The notes: generated by a model from the letters alone, not told the origin. 64,000 nucleotides of DNA from Bythopirellula sp. (GCA_965216565.1 OZ244170.1:2944001-3008000); one strand, 5' to 3'. Counted from the first letter of the stretch, positions 9,879-21,508 are shown. Numbers and translations are program-made.

Positions 9879-9976
9879 GAATCGAGGAAAAACAACCTCG
9901 CCTTGGGCTCTTGGCCCCGTGGGGAGAGGCTAGGCGAGGGGGCAAATAGAATACGGAAGTTGTTTTTCGTTGATTC
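9879..9976. repeat. MITE/REP-like element, family A, copy 3
   Basis: GAATCGAGGAAAAACAAC / GTTGTTTTTCGTTGATTC (16/18 inverted) around CCCCGTGGGGAGAGGCTAGGCGAGGGG. Confidence 0.75.
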
Positions 9977-10077
9977 CTTACAGAGAGGTAGAAGAGATTC
10001 CCTTCCCGCCTTGCGTTGCTCGCCTCGGCGAGTAACGCAACGCGGCTAATCCGCATTCCGAAATCAGAAATTAATTT

Positions 10078-10641
10078 ATGTTAGCTAAAGAACTGAAGCC
10101 GGGCGGCATCGTCCTGCACAACGACGCCCCGCATATCGTCGAATCGGTCAAAGTCCAATCGCCCTCAGCCCGCGGCGGCTCGACCCTGTATAAATTCCGC
10201 GCTCGCAATCTGGTGACTCGTCAGAAAGCCGACTTCACCTGCAAAGGGACCGACAATTTGCACGAGGCGGATTTTCAGCGTCGCGAAGTCACCCTGATGT
10301 ATGCCGACGCCGAGCAAGTGCATTTTCTCGATTCAACCGATTACAACCAATACTCGGTGGCAGCCGAGGACGTCGCAGAGGAAATGCCGTTCGTCACCGA
10401 AGCGTTAACAGGCATTCTGGCATTGGTTTACAACTCAGAATGCGTGGGCATCCAGGTGCCACCCTCCGTGGAACTGGAGATCACCGAGTGCGATCCCGGC
10501 GTGAAAGGCAACTCGGCGACCTCACGAACCAAGCCCGCAAAATTAGAAACGGGCCTCTCGATTCAAGTGCCCGAGTACCTGAAGCAGGGGGAGAAGATCA
10601 AAGTCGATACGCGTACCAGCGACTTCCTGGGACGGGCGTGA
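10078..10641 (+). CDS. yeiP: Elongation factor P-like protein (EfpL/YeiP type)
   Basis: EF-P motifs (KPAKLETG, IQVPEYL, KIKVDTR); tip loop SPSARGG with Arg, not PGKG. Confidence 0.85.
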   Translation: MLAKELKPGGIVLHNDAPHIVESVKVQSPSARGGSTLYKFRARNLVTRQKADFTCKGTDNLHEADFQRREVTLMYADAEQVHFLDSTDYNQYSVAAEDVAEEMPFVTEALTGILALVYNSECVGIQVPPSVELEITECDPGVKGNSATSRTKPAKLETGLSIQVPEYLKQGEKIKVDTRTSDFLGRA

Positions 10642-10667
10642 CCGGAGCGATGAGTTTTGGATTAGAA

Positions 10668-10857
10668 AGCCACAGAGAGCACAGAGCACAGAGCAAAGAG
10701 CCAAAAGTAGAGAGCAAGGAACACAGCGCACAGTTGCAATAGTTTGAGAGTAGTGACACGCGGTGCGTTGCGCTTCGCTGCACGCACCCTACAGGACTCT
10801 ATACCCTATGCCCTGTGCTCTCCGCTCTCTGCTCTGTGCTCTAGGCTCTCAGTGGCT
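10668..10857. repeat. Long inverted repeat built of AGAGCAC-type heptamers, enclosing a GTAG-type REP
   Basis: AGCCACAGAGAGCACAGAGCACAGAGCAAAGAGC vs the reverse complement of about 10824-10857; internal GGTGCGTTGCGCTTCGCTGCACGCACCCTAC. Confidence 0.75.
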
Positions 10858-10859
10858 GA

Positions 10860-11225
10860 CTAAAACAGCGACTTCTGCCGCTCGTTAGATTTCTTGGCGC
10901 GTTTCTTCGCCGCAGGTTTCTTTGCCGCCTTCTTCTTAGGAGACTTTTTCGCAGATTTCTTGACCGACTTCTTCGTGGCCTTTTTCTTTGGCGACTTTTT
11001 GGCCGCTTTCTTCTTTGGTTTCTTCGCAGCGGTCTTCTTCTTGGTGCTTTTCGCTGGCTTCTTCTTGGCGGCAGATTTTTTCTTGGTCGCTTTTTTTGCT
11101 GCTTTTTTCGATGGCTTTTTCTTAGCAGCTTTCGTACCCGCCGACTTCTTCGCCTTGCCGCCCGCAAAAACTTTGTCCCAATTGTCTGAAAATTCTTTTG
11201 TCGATCCAACTCGTACTACGCTCAT
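10860..11225 (-). CDS. Lys/Ala-rich histone H1-like protein
   Basis: Short N-terminal head MSVVRVGSTKEFSDNWDKVF followed by KKAAKK/KKSPKK repeats. Confidence 0.8.
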   Translation of the reverse strand: MSVVRVGSTKEFSDNWDKVFAGGKAKKSAGTKAAKKKPSKKAAKKATKKKSAAKKKPAKSTKKKTAAKKPKKKAAKKSPKKKATKKSVKKSAKKSPKKKAAKKPAAKKRAKKSNERQKSLF

Positions 11226-11324
11226 ACTCTCATTACTCCCAGCACATTCGGTTTGTGTTTTCGACCCACAAGCACATAACGGTTCGGCAATCATCTCTTT
11301 GTGCTCGTCCTGTCGGTGTGTATT

Positions 11325-13004
11325 TTAGTTTTGTTGTAGTTTTTTATACCGGAAACGCTGCGGCTCGTCAGCATCCACACCCAAACGTTCGCGACGCTCG
11401 CGCTCGTAGGTCTCAAAGTTGCCGTCGCACCAATGGACGTAGCCATCGCCTTCAAACGCTAAGATGTGCGTTGCCAGGCGATCGAGGAACCAGCGATCAT
11501 GGCTCACCACTACCGCACAGCCAGCGAAATTAGCCACGGCTTCTTCCAGCGCTCGTAGCGTGTCGACATCCAAATCATTCGTCGGCTCATCGAGGAGCAG
11601 TACGTTGGAACCGCGCCGCAAAAGCTTCGCCAAATGCACGCGGTTCCGTTCGCCACCAGACAGCACGCCAACCTTTTTCTGCTGATCGGGACCCGTGAAA
11701 TTGAATCGTGAGACATACGCCCGCGAGTTCATCTTGCGGCCTCCCATTTCCAAGGTATCGTGTCCGCCGGAAATCTCGTCGTACACCGTATTGTCGGCCT
11801 GTAGATCGTCTCGTGACTGATCGACATAGCCCAATTCGACAGTGGGGCCCACCTTCAGCGCTCCCGAGTCGGGCTCCTCCTGCCCCATGAGCATCCGCAA
11901 GAGTGTCGTCTTGCCGGCACCGTTGGGGCCGATGATGCCGACAATGCCTCCCGGCGGCAGACGAAAATCGACGTTCTCGAAGATCAGCCGATCGCCATAA
12001 CTCTTCGTCAGCTTTTCAGACTCGATCACCATATCGCCCAGACGCGGGCCGGGAGGAATTTGAATTTCCAACTCGTCAGGTCGATCCTCAAACTGCTCGG
12101 CAGCCATTTGCTCGTACGCTTTCACGCGGGCCTTGCTCTTGGCCTGACGGGCCTTAGGGGCCATCTTGACCCATTCGAGCTCGCGCTTGAGCGTCCGCTG
12201 GCGGGCCGTTTCCTTTCGCTCTTCCATCGCCAGACGCTTCTGTTTTTGCTCGAGCCACGAGGTGTAATTGCCCTCGTAGGGATGCCCTTCGCCGCGATCG
12301 AGTTCCAGGATCCAACCCGCCACGTTATCGAGAAAATAGCGATCATGCGTCACCGCGACAATCGTGCCGGCGTACTCCGCCAGATGACGTTCGAGCCAAG
12401 CAACACTCTCGGCATCGAGATGGTTCGTCGGTTCGTCGAGGAGCAGCAAGTCGGGCTTCTCTAGCAAGAGCTTGCACAGCGCCACACGACGACGCTCACC
12501 ACCGGAAAGCTTGGTGACATCCGCGTCACCGGGCGGCAAGTTCATCGCACTCATGGCGATTTCCACTTGGCGATCTATTTCCCAGGCATTGGTGGCGTCG
12601 ATCTTATCTTGCAATGCCGCCTGCCGATTCATCAGCTTTTCCATCGCATCGGGATCATCGGCCACCTCGGCATACTTGTCGCCGATCTCCTCAAATTCCT
12701 TGAGCAGCGCTCGCGTATCGGCTACCGCTTCTTCGACGTTGCCTTGCACGTCTTTCTCGGTGTTGAGATTCGGCTCTTGTTCGAGCAACCCCACGGTAAA
12801 GCCTTCGGTGAGCTTGGCTTCACCATCAAAGTCCTTATCGACGCCGGCCATAATCCGCAACAGCGTACTCTTCCCCGAGCCATTCCGCCCCAGCACGCCA
12901 ATCTTGGCCCCCGGATAAAACGCCAGAAAGATGTCCTTTAAAACCTCACGCTGCCCGATCTTCTTGGTGAGGTTGCTGATTTGATAAATGTATTGTTGAC
13001 CCAT
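11325..13004 (-). CDS. ettA: Energy-dependent translational throttle protein (ABC-F)
   Basis: [19 protein letters not shown]; two ABC domains ([16 protein letters not shown]); [19 protein letters not shown]. Confidence 0.95.
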   Translation of the reverse strand: MGQQYIYQISNLTKKIGQREVLKDIFLAFYPGAKIGVLGRNGSGKSTLLRIMAGVDKDFDGEAKLTEGFTVGLLEQEPNLNTEKDVQGNVEEAVADTRALLKEFEEIGDKYAEVADDPDAMEKLMNRQAALQDKIDATNAWEIDRQVEIAMSAMNLPPGDADVTKLSGGERRRVALCKLLLEKPDLLLLDEPTNHLDAESVAWLERHLAEYAGTIVAVTHDRYFLDNVAGWILELDRGEGHPYEGNYTSWLEQKQKRLAMEERKETARQRTLKRELEWVKMAPKARQAKSKARVKAYEQMAAEQFEDRPDELEIQIPPGPRLGDMVIESEKLTKSYGDRLIFENVDFRLPPGGIVGIIGPNGAGKTTLLRMLMGQEEPDSGALKVGPTVELGYVDQSRDDLQADNTVYDEISGGHDTLEMGGRKMNSRAYVSRFNFTGPDQQKKVGVLSGGERNRVHLAKLLRRGSNVLLLDEPTNDLDVDTLRALEEAVANFAGCAVVVSHDRWFLDRLATHILAFEGDGYVHWCDGNFETYERERRERLGVDADEPQRFRYKKLQQN

Positions 13005-13008
13005 AGTG

Positions 13009-13041
13009 GAATTCTGATTTTTGAAGGTTGAATGTTGAAGT
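13009..13041. repeat. Inverted-repeat arm downstream of the four-helix-bundle gene
   Basis: TTTGAAGGTTGAATGTTGAAGT (13020-13041) pairs 21/22 with 13416-13437. Confidence 0.85.
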
Positions 13042-13050
13042 AATCGATTG

Positions 13051-13404
13051 CTACAGTTTCTCTTGTGCCGTCTTAACACTTGCAGTAAGTATGGCAACAA
13101 GCTCGTTGCACTCAGTCATGATATCTGAAAGTAGTTCAGGTTTCACTGTTTCTGATTCTGACAGCAGTTCAAGCCAGTAGAGTGTTTCGTTGGCTTCGCG
13201 TGACGCAATCGACAGAATGGAAGCGAAGTGTTTTTTGCTTGATGCCTTTGCTGCCTCGCGATAGTTGGCGCCGATTGAAGTCCCTGAACGCAATAGCTGC
13301 TTGCCGAGCACCCACGCAACTTGGTTATTAGGAAGTGAATTTACCAAACGAATAATCCGCAAAGCAAATTCCTTAGTTCGTTTTTGCAAATCTCTCGCAG
13401 GCAT
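13051..13404 (-). CDS. Four-helix-bundle protein (23S rRNA-IVS protein / TIGR02436-like)
   Basis: [14 protein letters not shown]...[16 protein letters not shown]...[12 protein letters not shown]...ECNELVAIL signature. Confidence 0.9.
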   Translation of the reverse strand: MPARDLQKRTKEFALRIIRLVNSLPNNQVAWVLGKQLLRSGTSIGANYREAAKASSKKHFASILSIASREANETLYWLELLSESETVKPELLSDIMTECNELVAILTASVKTAQEKL

Positions 13405-13415
13405 AGTTCCAGAAC

Positions 13416-13450
13416 ACTTCAACATTCAAACTTCAAAGTTCCCACTTCTA
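13416..13450. repeat. Inverted-repeat arm upstream of the four-helix-bundle gene
   Basis: ACTTCAACATTCAAACTTCAAAGTTCCCACTTCTA heptamer-periodic tract. Confidence 0.85.
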
Positions 13451-13451
13451 T

Positions 13452-15035
13452 TTATTCCCACTCAATAGTCGCCGGTGGCTTCGAGCTGATGTCGTATACC
13501 ACGCGGTTGACGCCCGCGACTTCGTTGATGATGCGTGTTGATATGGTCGCCAGTAATTCGTATGGCAGGTGGCTCCAGTCGGCGGTCATGAAATCGTCGG
13601 TGTTCACGCACCGCACAGCCAAGGCGTCGTCGTAGGTGCGGCTGTCGCCCATCACGCCGACGCTTTGCACGGGTAATAGCACCGCAAACGCTTGCGAGGT
13701 CGCCCGATACAGGTCCGCCGCTTTGATTTCGCCGACGACAATCGCATCGGCTGCCCGTAAGGTTTCAAGTCGGCTTTTGGTGACTTCGCCCAAGCAACGC
13801 ACTGCCAGCCCCGGGCCGGGAAACGGATGCCGCCAGACGATGTCCTCGGGCAGGCCCAGTTGCAAACCGAGCCGACGGACTTCGTCTTTGAACAAATCTC
13901 GCAGCGGTTCAATCAACTCGAAGCCCAACTCTTCCGGCAAGCCACCGACGTTGTGGTGCAACTTAATCGTGTCGGCAGGCCCGTCGGGGGCGGCACCACT
14001 TTCGATCACGTCGGGATACAGTGTTCCTTGGGCCAGATATTTGGCCCCCTCGATCTTGTCCGCCTCCTCCTTGAAACACTCGATGAACGTATGCCCAATC
14101 CGACGACGCTTTTCCTGAGGATCCGTCACTCCAGCCAGTTCGTTGAGAAAACGATCTTCGGCCTTCACCACATGAAGATCGGTTTGAAAATGGTCGGAAA
14201 ATTCTTTGATGACCGACGCTTCCTCGTCCTGCCTCAGTAAACCATTGTCGACCAGAATACAGGAAAGTTGAGGGCCAATCGCTTCGGCCAACAGTGCCGC
14301 GACGACGGAGGAATCGACGCCTCCAGACAATCCGCAGATCACGCGATCGGTTCCCACCTGCTCGCGAATGGCGGCAATGGTTTCTTCGGCAAAGTCACCG
14401 AGCTTCCAGGTCCCCGTGGCCCCACAGAGCTTACGCAAGAAATTCCCTAGCAGTTGGCTGCCTTGCGGCGTGTGTGTCACCTCAGGATGAAATTGCAAGC
14501 CATAAATCGGAAGGCTCTTGTGCTTGACCGCGGCGTAGGGACAGGTATCGGTACTAGCCAGCGTTACGAATTCCTCGGCGATGCTGTCGACCTGATCGCC
14601 GTGGCTCATCCACACTTGCGTTTCGGCATCAAGATCTGCAAATAAATCGTCCGGCTGCGATATCTTGCATTGGGCTCGCCCGTATTCCCGACTGGGAACA
14701 TTATTCACCTTGCCACCAAGTGCCTGGCAGGCAAGCTGCATGCCGTAGCAGATGCCCAAGACCGGAATGCCCAACTGAAACAACTCGGCGTCGCACTGCG
14801 GGGCACCGTCGGCATACACACTGTTTGGTCCACCAGAAAGAATAATGCCCAGCGGTGCGAGTTCCCGCAGCCGGTCGGCTGTGATGTCGTGCCGGACGAT
14901 TTCGCAGTAGACGTTTTGCTCGCGAACTCGGCGGGCAATCAGTTGGGCATACTGCGAGCCGAAATCAAGCACCAATACACGCTCGGCAGCGGTGCCACGA
15001 ACCGGGGCAGTGGTAGCAGAAGCCGTCATGGTCAT
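13452..15035 (-). CDS. guaA: GMP synthase (glutamine-hydrolysing)
   Basis: [45 protein letters not shown]. Confidence 0.97.
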   Translation of the reverse strand: MTMTASATTAPVRGTAAERVLVLDFGSQYAQLIARRVREQNVYCEIVRHDITADRLRELAPLGIILSGGPNSVYADGAPQCDAELFQLGIPVLGICYGMQLACQALGGKVNNVPSREYGRAQCKISQPDDLFADLDAETQVWMSHGDQVDSIAEEFVTLASTDTCPYAAVKHKSLPIYGLQFHPEVTHTPQGSQLLGNFLRKLCGATGTWKLGDFAEETIAAIREQVGTDRVICGLSGGVDSSVVAALLAEAIGPQLSCILVDNGLLRQDEEASVIKEFSDHFQTDLHVVKAEDRFLNELAGVTDPQEKRRRIGHTFIECFKEEADKIEGAKYLAQGTLYPDVIESGAAPDGPADTIKLHHNVGGLPEELGFELIEPLRDLFKDEVRRLGLQLGLPEDIVWRHPFPGPGLAVRCLGEVTKSRLETLRAADAIVVGEIKAADLYRATSQAFAVLLPVQSVGVMGDSRTYDDALAVRCVNTDDFMTADWSHLPYELLATISTRIINEVAGVNRVVYDISSKPPATIEWE

Positions 15036-15206
15036 CGAGACGCTCCAGGGGAGTCGAAGTCGGGCGACCTTACGACGCAGCTCGCCCGAACGCGGTGGGA
15101 AACCCAGCATTATAAGAGGGGCTGGGAGATAGGGGCTAGGGGCTAGTGCGGAATGTCTAGTGGCTCACGAGCCGGGTGGGGAAACGCCGTCCGCGTCCCT
15201 CCACCT

Positions 15207-15234
15207 GTTATTCCGAGGTCTGCCGAGGAATCTG
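15207..15234. repeat. REP-like family B half-site
   Basis: GTTATTCCGAGGTCTGCCGAGGAATCTG; related copies at 37927-37987 and 52141-52170. Confidence 0.7.
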
Positions 15235-15460
15235 GTTGGAACTAGAGCCTCCGTAGATCGATTCATCGCTTCGCTTAGATCGAAAACATTCACCAACTAG
15301 CAGTGTTTCGAAACTACTCGGCTTTCACTGGCTCGGATGCACTTTTCGCCACATTCATGTTGCCCAAACGCCACAGCAAGTTGCTCGTCTGCCCCTGGTA
15401 GGATTATATTGATTGTATCGAGAAGCCACCGCAACCTACTGATATAAGGAGATTTACGTC

Positions 15461-16237
15461 TTGCAGATTCTGCTCACCAACGACGACGGCATCTATGCAC
15501 CGGGTCTGGCGGCGATGGAACGCCAGTTGCTTCAACTAGGAGATGTGACCGTGGCTGCTCCGCTCACTGAGCAGAGTGGCGTGGGGCACTCGATCACTTA
15601 CCTGACGCCTTTGATGGCAAGGGAAGTGTTCGATGACCAAGGCCGCCGACGCGGCTGGGCCGTGGAAGGCAGTCCCGCCGACTGTGTGAAACTGGCCATC
15701 GCAGAATTATGTCCCGAGCGACCCGATTTGGTTGTGAGCGGAATCAATAGCGGACAGAACGCCGGTATCAACGTGCTGTACTCCGGCACGGTAGCGGCAG
15801 CGATTGAAGGCGCGTTTTTCGGCATCACCTCCGTTGCCGTGTCGCTGGAGTTCGACGACGAAGGTCGCTACGACAAGGCAGCCGAACAAGCCGCGGCAAT
15901 TATCCGACAAATTTTGGATCAGAAAGACGCAGAACCACAGCTATACAACTTAAACATCCCACAAGCTGCACTGGGACAACCGGCAGAAGTACGCGTAGTA
16001 CCCGCCGCCACAGAGCCTTGGGGAGAAGACTTCGAGAAACGACGCGACCCCCGAGGTCGAACTTATTACTGGGCCACCGGCCTGCAACCCGACCCGCCCA
16101 GCCACGAAGAAACCGATTTACAAGCATTGCGCGAAGGACACATCACACTTTCGCCTTTGAAGTTCGACATCAACCGACGCGAAAAACTAGCCGACATGCA
16201 GTCGTGGCAACTAGGCCATTTGGAGCAAACACGATGA
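15461..16237 (+). CDS. surE: 5'/3'-nucleotidase SurE
   Basis: ILLTNDDGIYAPGL, GSPADCV, VSGINSGQNAG, YSGTVAAAIEG; AAGGAG RBS before TTG. Confidence 0.95.
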   Translation: MQILLTNDDGIYAPGLAAMERQLLQLGDVTVAAPLTEQSGVGHSITYLTPLMAREVFDDQGRRRGWAVEGSPADCVKLAIAELCPERPDLVVSGINSGQNAGINVLYSGTVAAAIEGAFFGITSVAVSLEFDDEGRYDKAAEQAAAIIRQILDQKDAEPQLYNLNIPQAALGQPAEVRVVPAATEPWGEDFEKRRDPRGRTYYWATGLQPDPPSHEETDLQALREGHITLSPLKFDINRREKLADMQSWQLGHLEQTR

Positions 16238-16824
16238 AGACTTTAGCCTCACTTTCAACGATACTCTGCTTGAGTTTTACCTTCGGCTGCGATGTTCCCG
16301 AAATGGAAGTGGGAGAGCCTAGCCCCACGCCGCCAGCCAGTGCCTCTCAGGACGATGGCAAGCTGTTTGGCAAGGCCGATTGGTATCTGCCCGATGGCCG
16401 CGTCGATATGTCGGGCGTGGCTGGCGAACCACCGATGACCACCGGCACGCCGCGCGAGATAACTTGGAAGGACCCCAAGCAAGGCAAGCTCACACGCCGC
16501 GATGGAGGGGTTCTCGGCAAAGGCGCTTTGAACGCACTCCCCAAAGCGAAGAATCAAGTCACGTTCGACATGATTAAATACAACATGAATATTTACAACG
16601 CGGACAAAGGATATTACCCGCGTTCCCATAAAGAATTTATGGAAGATTACCTGCCCAACTACTATCCCGCCGCTTTGCCGCTTCCCACACTCGAACCGGG
16701 GGATGCGTATTTGTACGACCCTGATGATCACTTGCTCAAGATTTTTCGCCCGGGCGACCCCGGTGCGCCGCAGGTGGAAGGCGTCGTGGCATACGAAAAG
16801 GAAGCAGAATCTGCGGAAGAATAG
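16234..16824 (+). CDS. Hypothetical lipoprotein
   Basis: ATG overlaps the surE TGA (ATGA); signal peptide with FTFGC lipobox-like site. Confidence 0.7.
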   Translation: MKTLASLSTILCLSFTFGCDVPEMEVGEPSPTPPASASQDDGKLFGKADWYLPDGRVDMSGVAGEPPMTTGTPREITWKDPKQGKLTRRDGGVLGKGALNALPKAKNQVTFDMIKYNMNIYNADKGYYPRSHKEFMEDYLPNYYPAALPLPTLEPGDAYLYDPDDHLLKIFRPGDPGAPQVEGVVAYEKEAESAEE

Positions 16825-16926
16825 CGAACATAACTGGAAGCTAACACACTGGCGATGCGGTAGCATCGCGGGTACCTACTCATCTACTCACCTCCTCCTC
16901 CCTCCACTCTTATCCCACCAAATATT

Positions 16927-17622
16927 ATGAAGAATCCTTTCCCCGCCTATGTGTGGCGGCTGCTGTTTGCGGCTGCTTTGATTACAGTCCTACTGTTCAA
17001 TCAGGCCAAGGCTTGCGATTGTCATCAGGTGCTGGCCTATGCCGCTCCTTTGCCGGCACCGCAGGTCGATAGCTGGCTCTTCGCACCGAGCCGTTACACC
17101 CACGATCCCGACTCGGGAGTACGCGTCGCTCAGTATCAAGAGAAAACCCCCGTCGAGCCGCTGCCCGACCAGCGCGCCATCAGTAGTGGCTACGCTCGCA
17201 AGCGAACTGTGCTGCGTGGACCCGATGGCAATATCAGCACGTACTACCAGGTGCAGAACTACGGCAACGGACGCGGTGGGATGGATGCTGAGTGGGAACG
17301 TTTCCACGATGCGTGGCGTGGTTCGACCATCGCCGGCGGCCAGTTCGGCGTGTTCCCTGGCTACGGATATGGCGGTGGCTTTGGCGGATTCCCCGGTTAC
17401 GGCTACCCCGGTGGCGGGTATGGCCCCGGCTATGGCAACGGCTTTCTTCCCGATCGACGATTTGGCCAACCGGGAGTGCCCGACCCGCGGCTGCTGGATC
17501 CCGATGGCGCCGACGGCTTCCGAGACCAGCGCCAACGCACGCCCGATCGACGCTTCTTCGGACCCAACTACGAACTACCCGGCGAACGCGATCGTCGCCG
17601 AGATCGTGACCGCGACAAATAG
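16927..17622 (+). CDS. Hypothetical secreted Gly/Tyr/Pro-rich protein
   Basis: Signal peptide; SWLFAPSRYTHDP motif; GYG-rich low-complexity tail. Confidence 0.7.
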   Translation: MKNPFPAYVWRLLFAAALITVLLFNQAKACDCHQVLAYAAPLPAPQVDSWLFAPSRYTHDPDSGVRVAQYQEKTPVEPLPDQRAISSGYARKRTVLRGPDGNISTYYQVQNYGNGRGGMDAEWERFHDAWRGSTIAGGQFGVFPGYGYGGGFGGFPGYGYPGGGYGPGYGNGFLPDRRFGQPGVPDPRLLDPDGADGFRDQRQRTPDRRFFGPNYELPGERDRRRDRDRDK

Positions 17623-17688
17623 GCCACCGCTCTGCGGTGGGATATTTCCATCACCAAACTGCAATCTATCCTCCGGCGGAGCCGGGGG

Positions 17689-18264
17689 CTATTTGGCCGG
17701 AATTGGGCGATTGCCGCGCATACTGCCGACGGCGTTGATCGGCTTGCCTTTCCAAAATGGCTGGTAGTCTTCCAAGAGCCATCGGTCCCCGCTCTTCGTC
17801 CAGTAGAGTTTCACGACGTCGAAATAAAAGATCCGCGAGCCGCTCTGCTTGTGGACGCCGTCCAACTTGCCTTGGAACCGAGCCTCGGCAGAATCGGGTT
17901 CCGCGCCGCCGTTCATTTCTATTTCTAGCGAAGTGAATCCCGTATCCGTCACATTCGCTGCGGGCATCATCACCTCGATATCGCTCCGCACCTGATTCGC
18001 TGCGGGATCGACCAGTGCGAGCACTCCCGATAAGTCGTTCTGTTCAATTGCCAACATGATCTCGGCAACCGCCTGTTCCACCTGCTCGCGATCGGTTACC
18101 ACCAACCGTTCCAAAACCACGAGTGCCAGCACCCCCAGGCACGCGACAACCAATGCCACCAGCGACACCAGACTGCGCCTATTCAGAAACACCAACCCAC
18201 ACAGCGTAATCAACACTGCACCAACGGCGTAAATGGGGATTGGGTTTTCGAAAAACGAAGACAT
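17689..18264 (-). CDS. Hypothetical membrane protein (2 TM plus NTF2-like C-terminus)
   Basis: Two hydrophobic helices; C-terminal WTKSGDRWLL. Confidence 0.7.
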   Translation of the reverse strand: MSSFFENPIPIYAVGAVLITLCGLVFLNRRSLVSLVALVVACLGVLALVVLERLVVTDREQVEQAVAEIMLAIEQNDLSGVLALVDPAANQVRSDIEVMMPAANVTDTGFTSLEIEMNGGAEPDSAEARFQGKLDGVHKQSGSRIFYFDVVKLYWTKSGDRWLLEDYQPFWKGKPINAVGSMRGNRPIPAK

Positions 18265-18431
18265 AGAGAAATATCCAGCCGCAGTTTTATGAACCACAAA
18301 GTCTCGAAGGACACGAAGAGCGTCAGAAAGGTAGACCAACCGAATGGATTAGCTTAGTCAATTATTTCCTATGGATCGTAATCTTCTAGCTTAAGAATCC
18401 TTTTTCCTGGTACTCTTTGTGTCTTCGTGGT

Positions 18432-18782
18432 TCAAATCTCGTCTTTGGAATCTGCAGTGAGAATAAGTAGCCTTTCGCGCACGAGCATTCCTAGCGAGGC
18501 CAGCATCACAACGCCCACCACCGTAGCTAGCGGGACCAGGCGAATCTTGATCTGCCCCGGTTTGGAATAGTCAGGCGCGTCCTGGACAGTTTTCTTTCCG
18601 GTAGCGTCTTCCTCGACATCGATGCCGGCAATCACCGCTTCGTGTGCCTGGCCCTTGCGCTCGATTTGCGCCTGACGATCGCCAAACTTCCCACCGGTCG
18701 CAAGCAAAGTTGCCAACCCTACCGCCGAGAAGAGCGAAAACCACAGCCAGGGCGAATCGGTGATGGGAGCTTCTTTTGCCAT
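18432..18782 (-). CDS. Hypothetical membrane protein
   Basis: Two hydrophobic segments; 12 nt downstream of the OYE gene. Confidence 0.65.
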   Translation of the reverse strand: MAKEAPITDSPWLWFSLFSAVGLATLLATGGKFGDRQAQIERKGQAHEAVIAGIDVEEDATGKKTVQDAPDYSKPGQIKIRLVPLATVVGVVMLASLGMLVRERLLILTADSKDEI

Positions 18783-18794
18783 CGAGGGGATCCG

Positions 18795-19889
18795 TTAGCT
18801 GGCTTCTTGATAGGTAGGCCAATCGGCATAGCCATCTTCGTCGAAAGAATACCACACACTCATCGGTGCGTCCTCGGCCAACGGCCAATTGTTGGCGAAT
18901 CGTTCAACCAAATCGGGATTGCTGATGTAGGGTCGACCGAAGGCAATCAAATCGGCAACGCCACTGGAAATAGCGGCTTCGGCCGTTTCCTGGGTGTAGC
19001 CCGTATTGCCGATGATCGGTCCCTGAAACACCTCGCGAAACTCGTTGAGCTTCATCGGTTCGCCCAACTCGTGAAAGCCGAACCCGAGTCCGTCCATCAC
19101 ATGCAGATACGCCAGCTTGGCGCTGTCGAGTTGCTTTGCGACATACGTGAACAACTCGCGATACTCGGGCGAGCCCATGTCGTTGTACGCTCCATTGGGT
19201 GACAGACGCACCCCAACGCGATGGTCAGGCCATTGGCCGCACACGGCTTCGACAACTTCACTTAACAAGCGATATCGATTTTCGATCGAACCTCCGTACT
19301 TGTCGTCGCGATGATTTGTCTTCGATTGCAAGAATTGATCAAGCAAATAGCCATTAGCACTGTGAATCTCCACGCCATCAAATCCGGCGGATTTTGCCCG
19401 GGCGGCAGCCTGGCCATAGTCCTTCACCACATCGGCGACTTCGTCGGTTTCCAAAGCCCGCGGGACTTCATGGTCTTTTTTGCCCTCCGGCGTATGTACC
19501 TTGTCGCCTTCGATTTTGATCGCAGAGGGCGCGACGGGCAGATCGCCATTGTGGAAGTCACTATGCGAGGCGCGTCCGCAGTGCCACAGTTGGAGAAACA
19601 TTTTTCCACCCGCCTGATGCACCTCGTCGACGACTTGCTTCCAACCTTCCTCTTGTTCGTCGTTGTAAATCCCAGCCGATTGCTGCCAACCAATTGCCTG
19701 CTGAGAAATAACGGTCGCCTCGGTGAGAATCAGGGCTGATGACGCCCGTTTCGAATAGTACTTTGCCATGAGCTCATTGGGCACACGCGACTTACCTGCC
19801 CGAGCCCGTGTCATTGGGGCCATGACAATCCGATTCGGCAATTCCAAACCATGCAAATTAAAGGGACTCAAAAGCGCAGCGGCACCCAT
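18795..19889 (-). CDS. Old yellow enzyme family alkene reductase (NemA-like)
   Basis: NRIVMAPMTRAR, QLWHCGR, GFDGVEIHSANGYLLDQFL, FGRPYISNPDL. Confidence 0.93.
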   Translation of the reverse strand: MGAAALLSPFNLHGLELPNRIVMAPMTRARAGKSRVPNELMAKYYSKRASSALILTEATVISQQAIGWQQSAGIYNDEQEEGWKQVVDEVHQAGGKMFLQLWHCGRASHSDFHNGDLPVAPSAIKIEGDKVHTPEGKKDHEVPRALETDEVADVVKDYGQAAARAKSAGFDGVEIHSANGYLLDQFLQSKTNHRDDKYGGSIENRYRLLSEVVEAVCGQWPDHRVGVRLSPNGAYNDMGSPEYRELFTYVAKQLDSAKLAYLHVMDGLGFGFHELGEPMKLNEFREVFQGPIIGNTGYTQETAEAAISSGVADLIAFGRPYISNPDLVERFANNWPLAEDAPMSVWYSFDEDGYADWPTYQEAS

Positions 19890-20089
19890 GCTCTTCTCCT
19901 AAAAATAAAGTTATCCGCCTAAATTGCTTGCCAATAATCGGTATTGCTTAACCGTGGAGACTCGGAGGAACTAGGAATTCAAAGTCTAAATGGCTGGGGC
20001 GACTAAGGCTTGGAATAGTCAGTTAGCCATCCAGTCATTGAGCTTTGGTTATTCCTTTTCCAACATCTCCATCGTGGTGTTATAGAAGC

Positions 20090-21508
<1,419 letters not shown>

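Noticed and set aside
10841..11328. ORFs 10894-11328 (+, Phe/Ala-rich) and 10841-11209 (-, Arg-rich)
   Set aside because: Antisense and alternate-frame shadows of the Lys-rich gene
13051..13404. Diversity-generating retroelement or 23S rRNA IVS
   Set aside because: No reverse transcriptase, TR/VR pair or rRNA sequence is in the window
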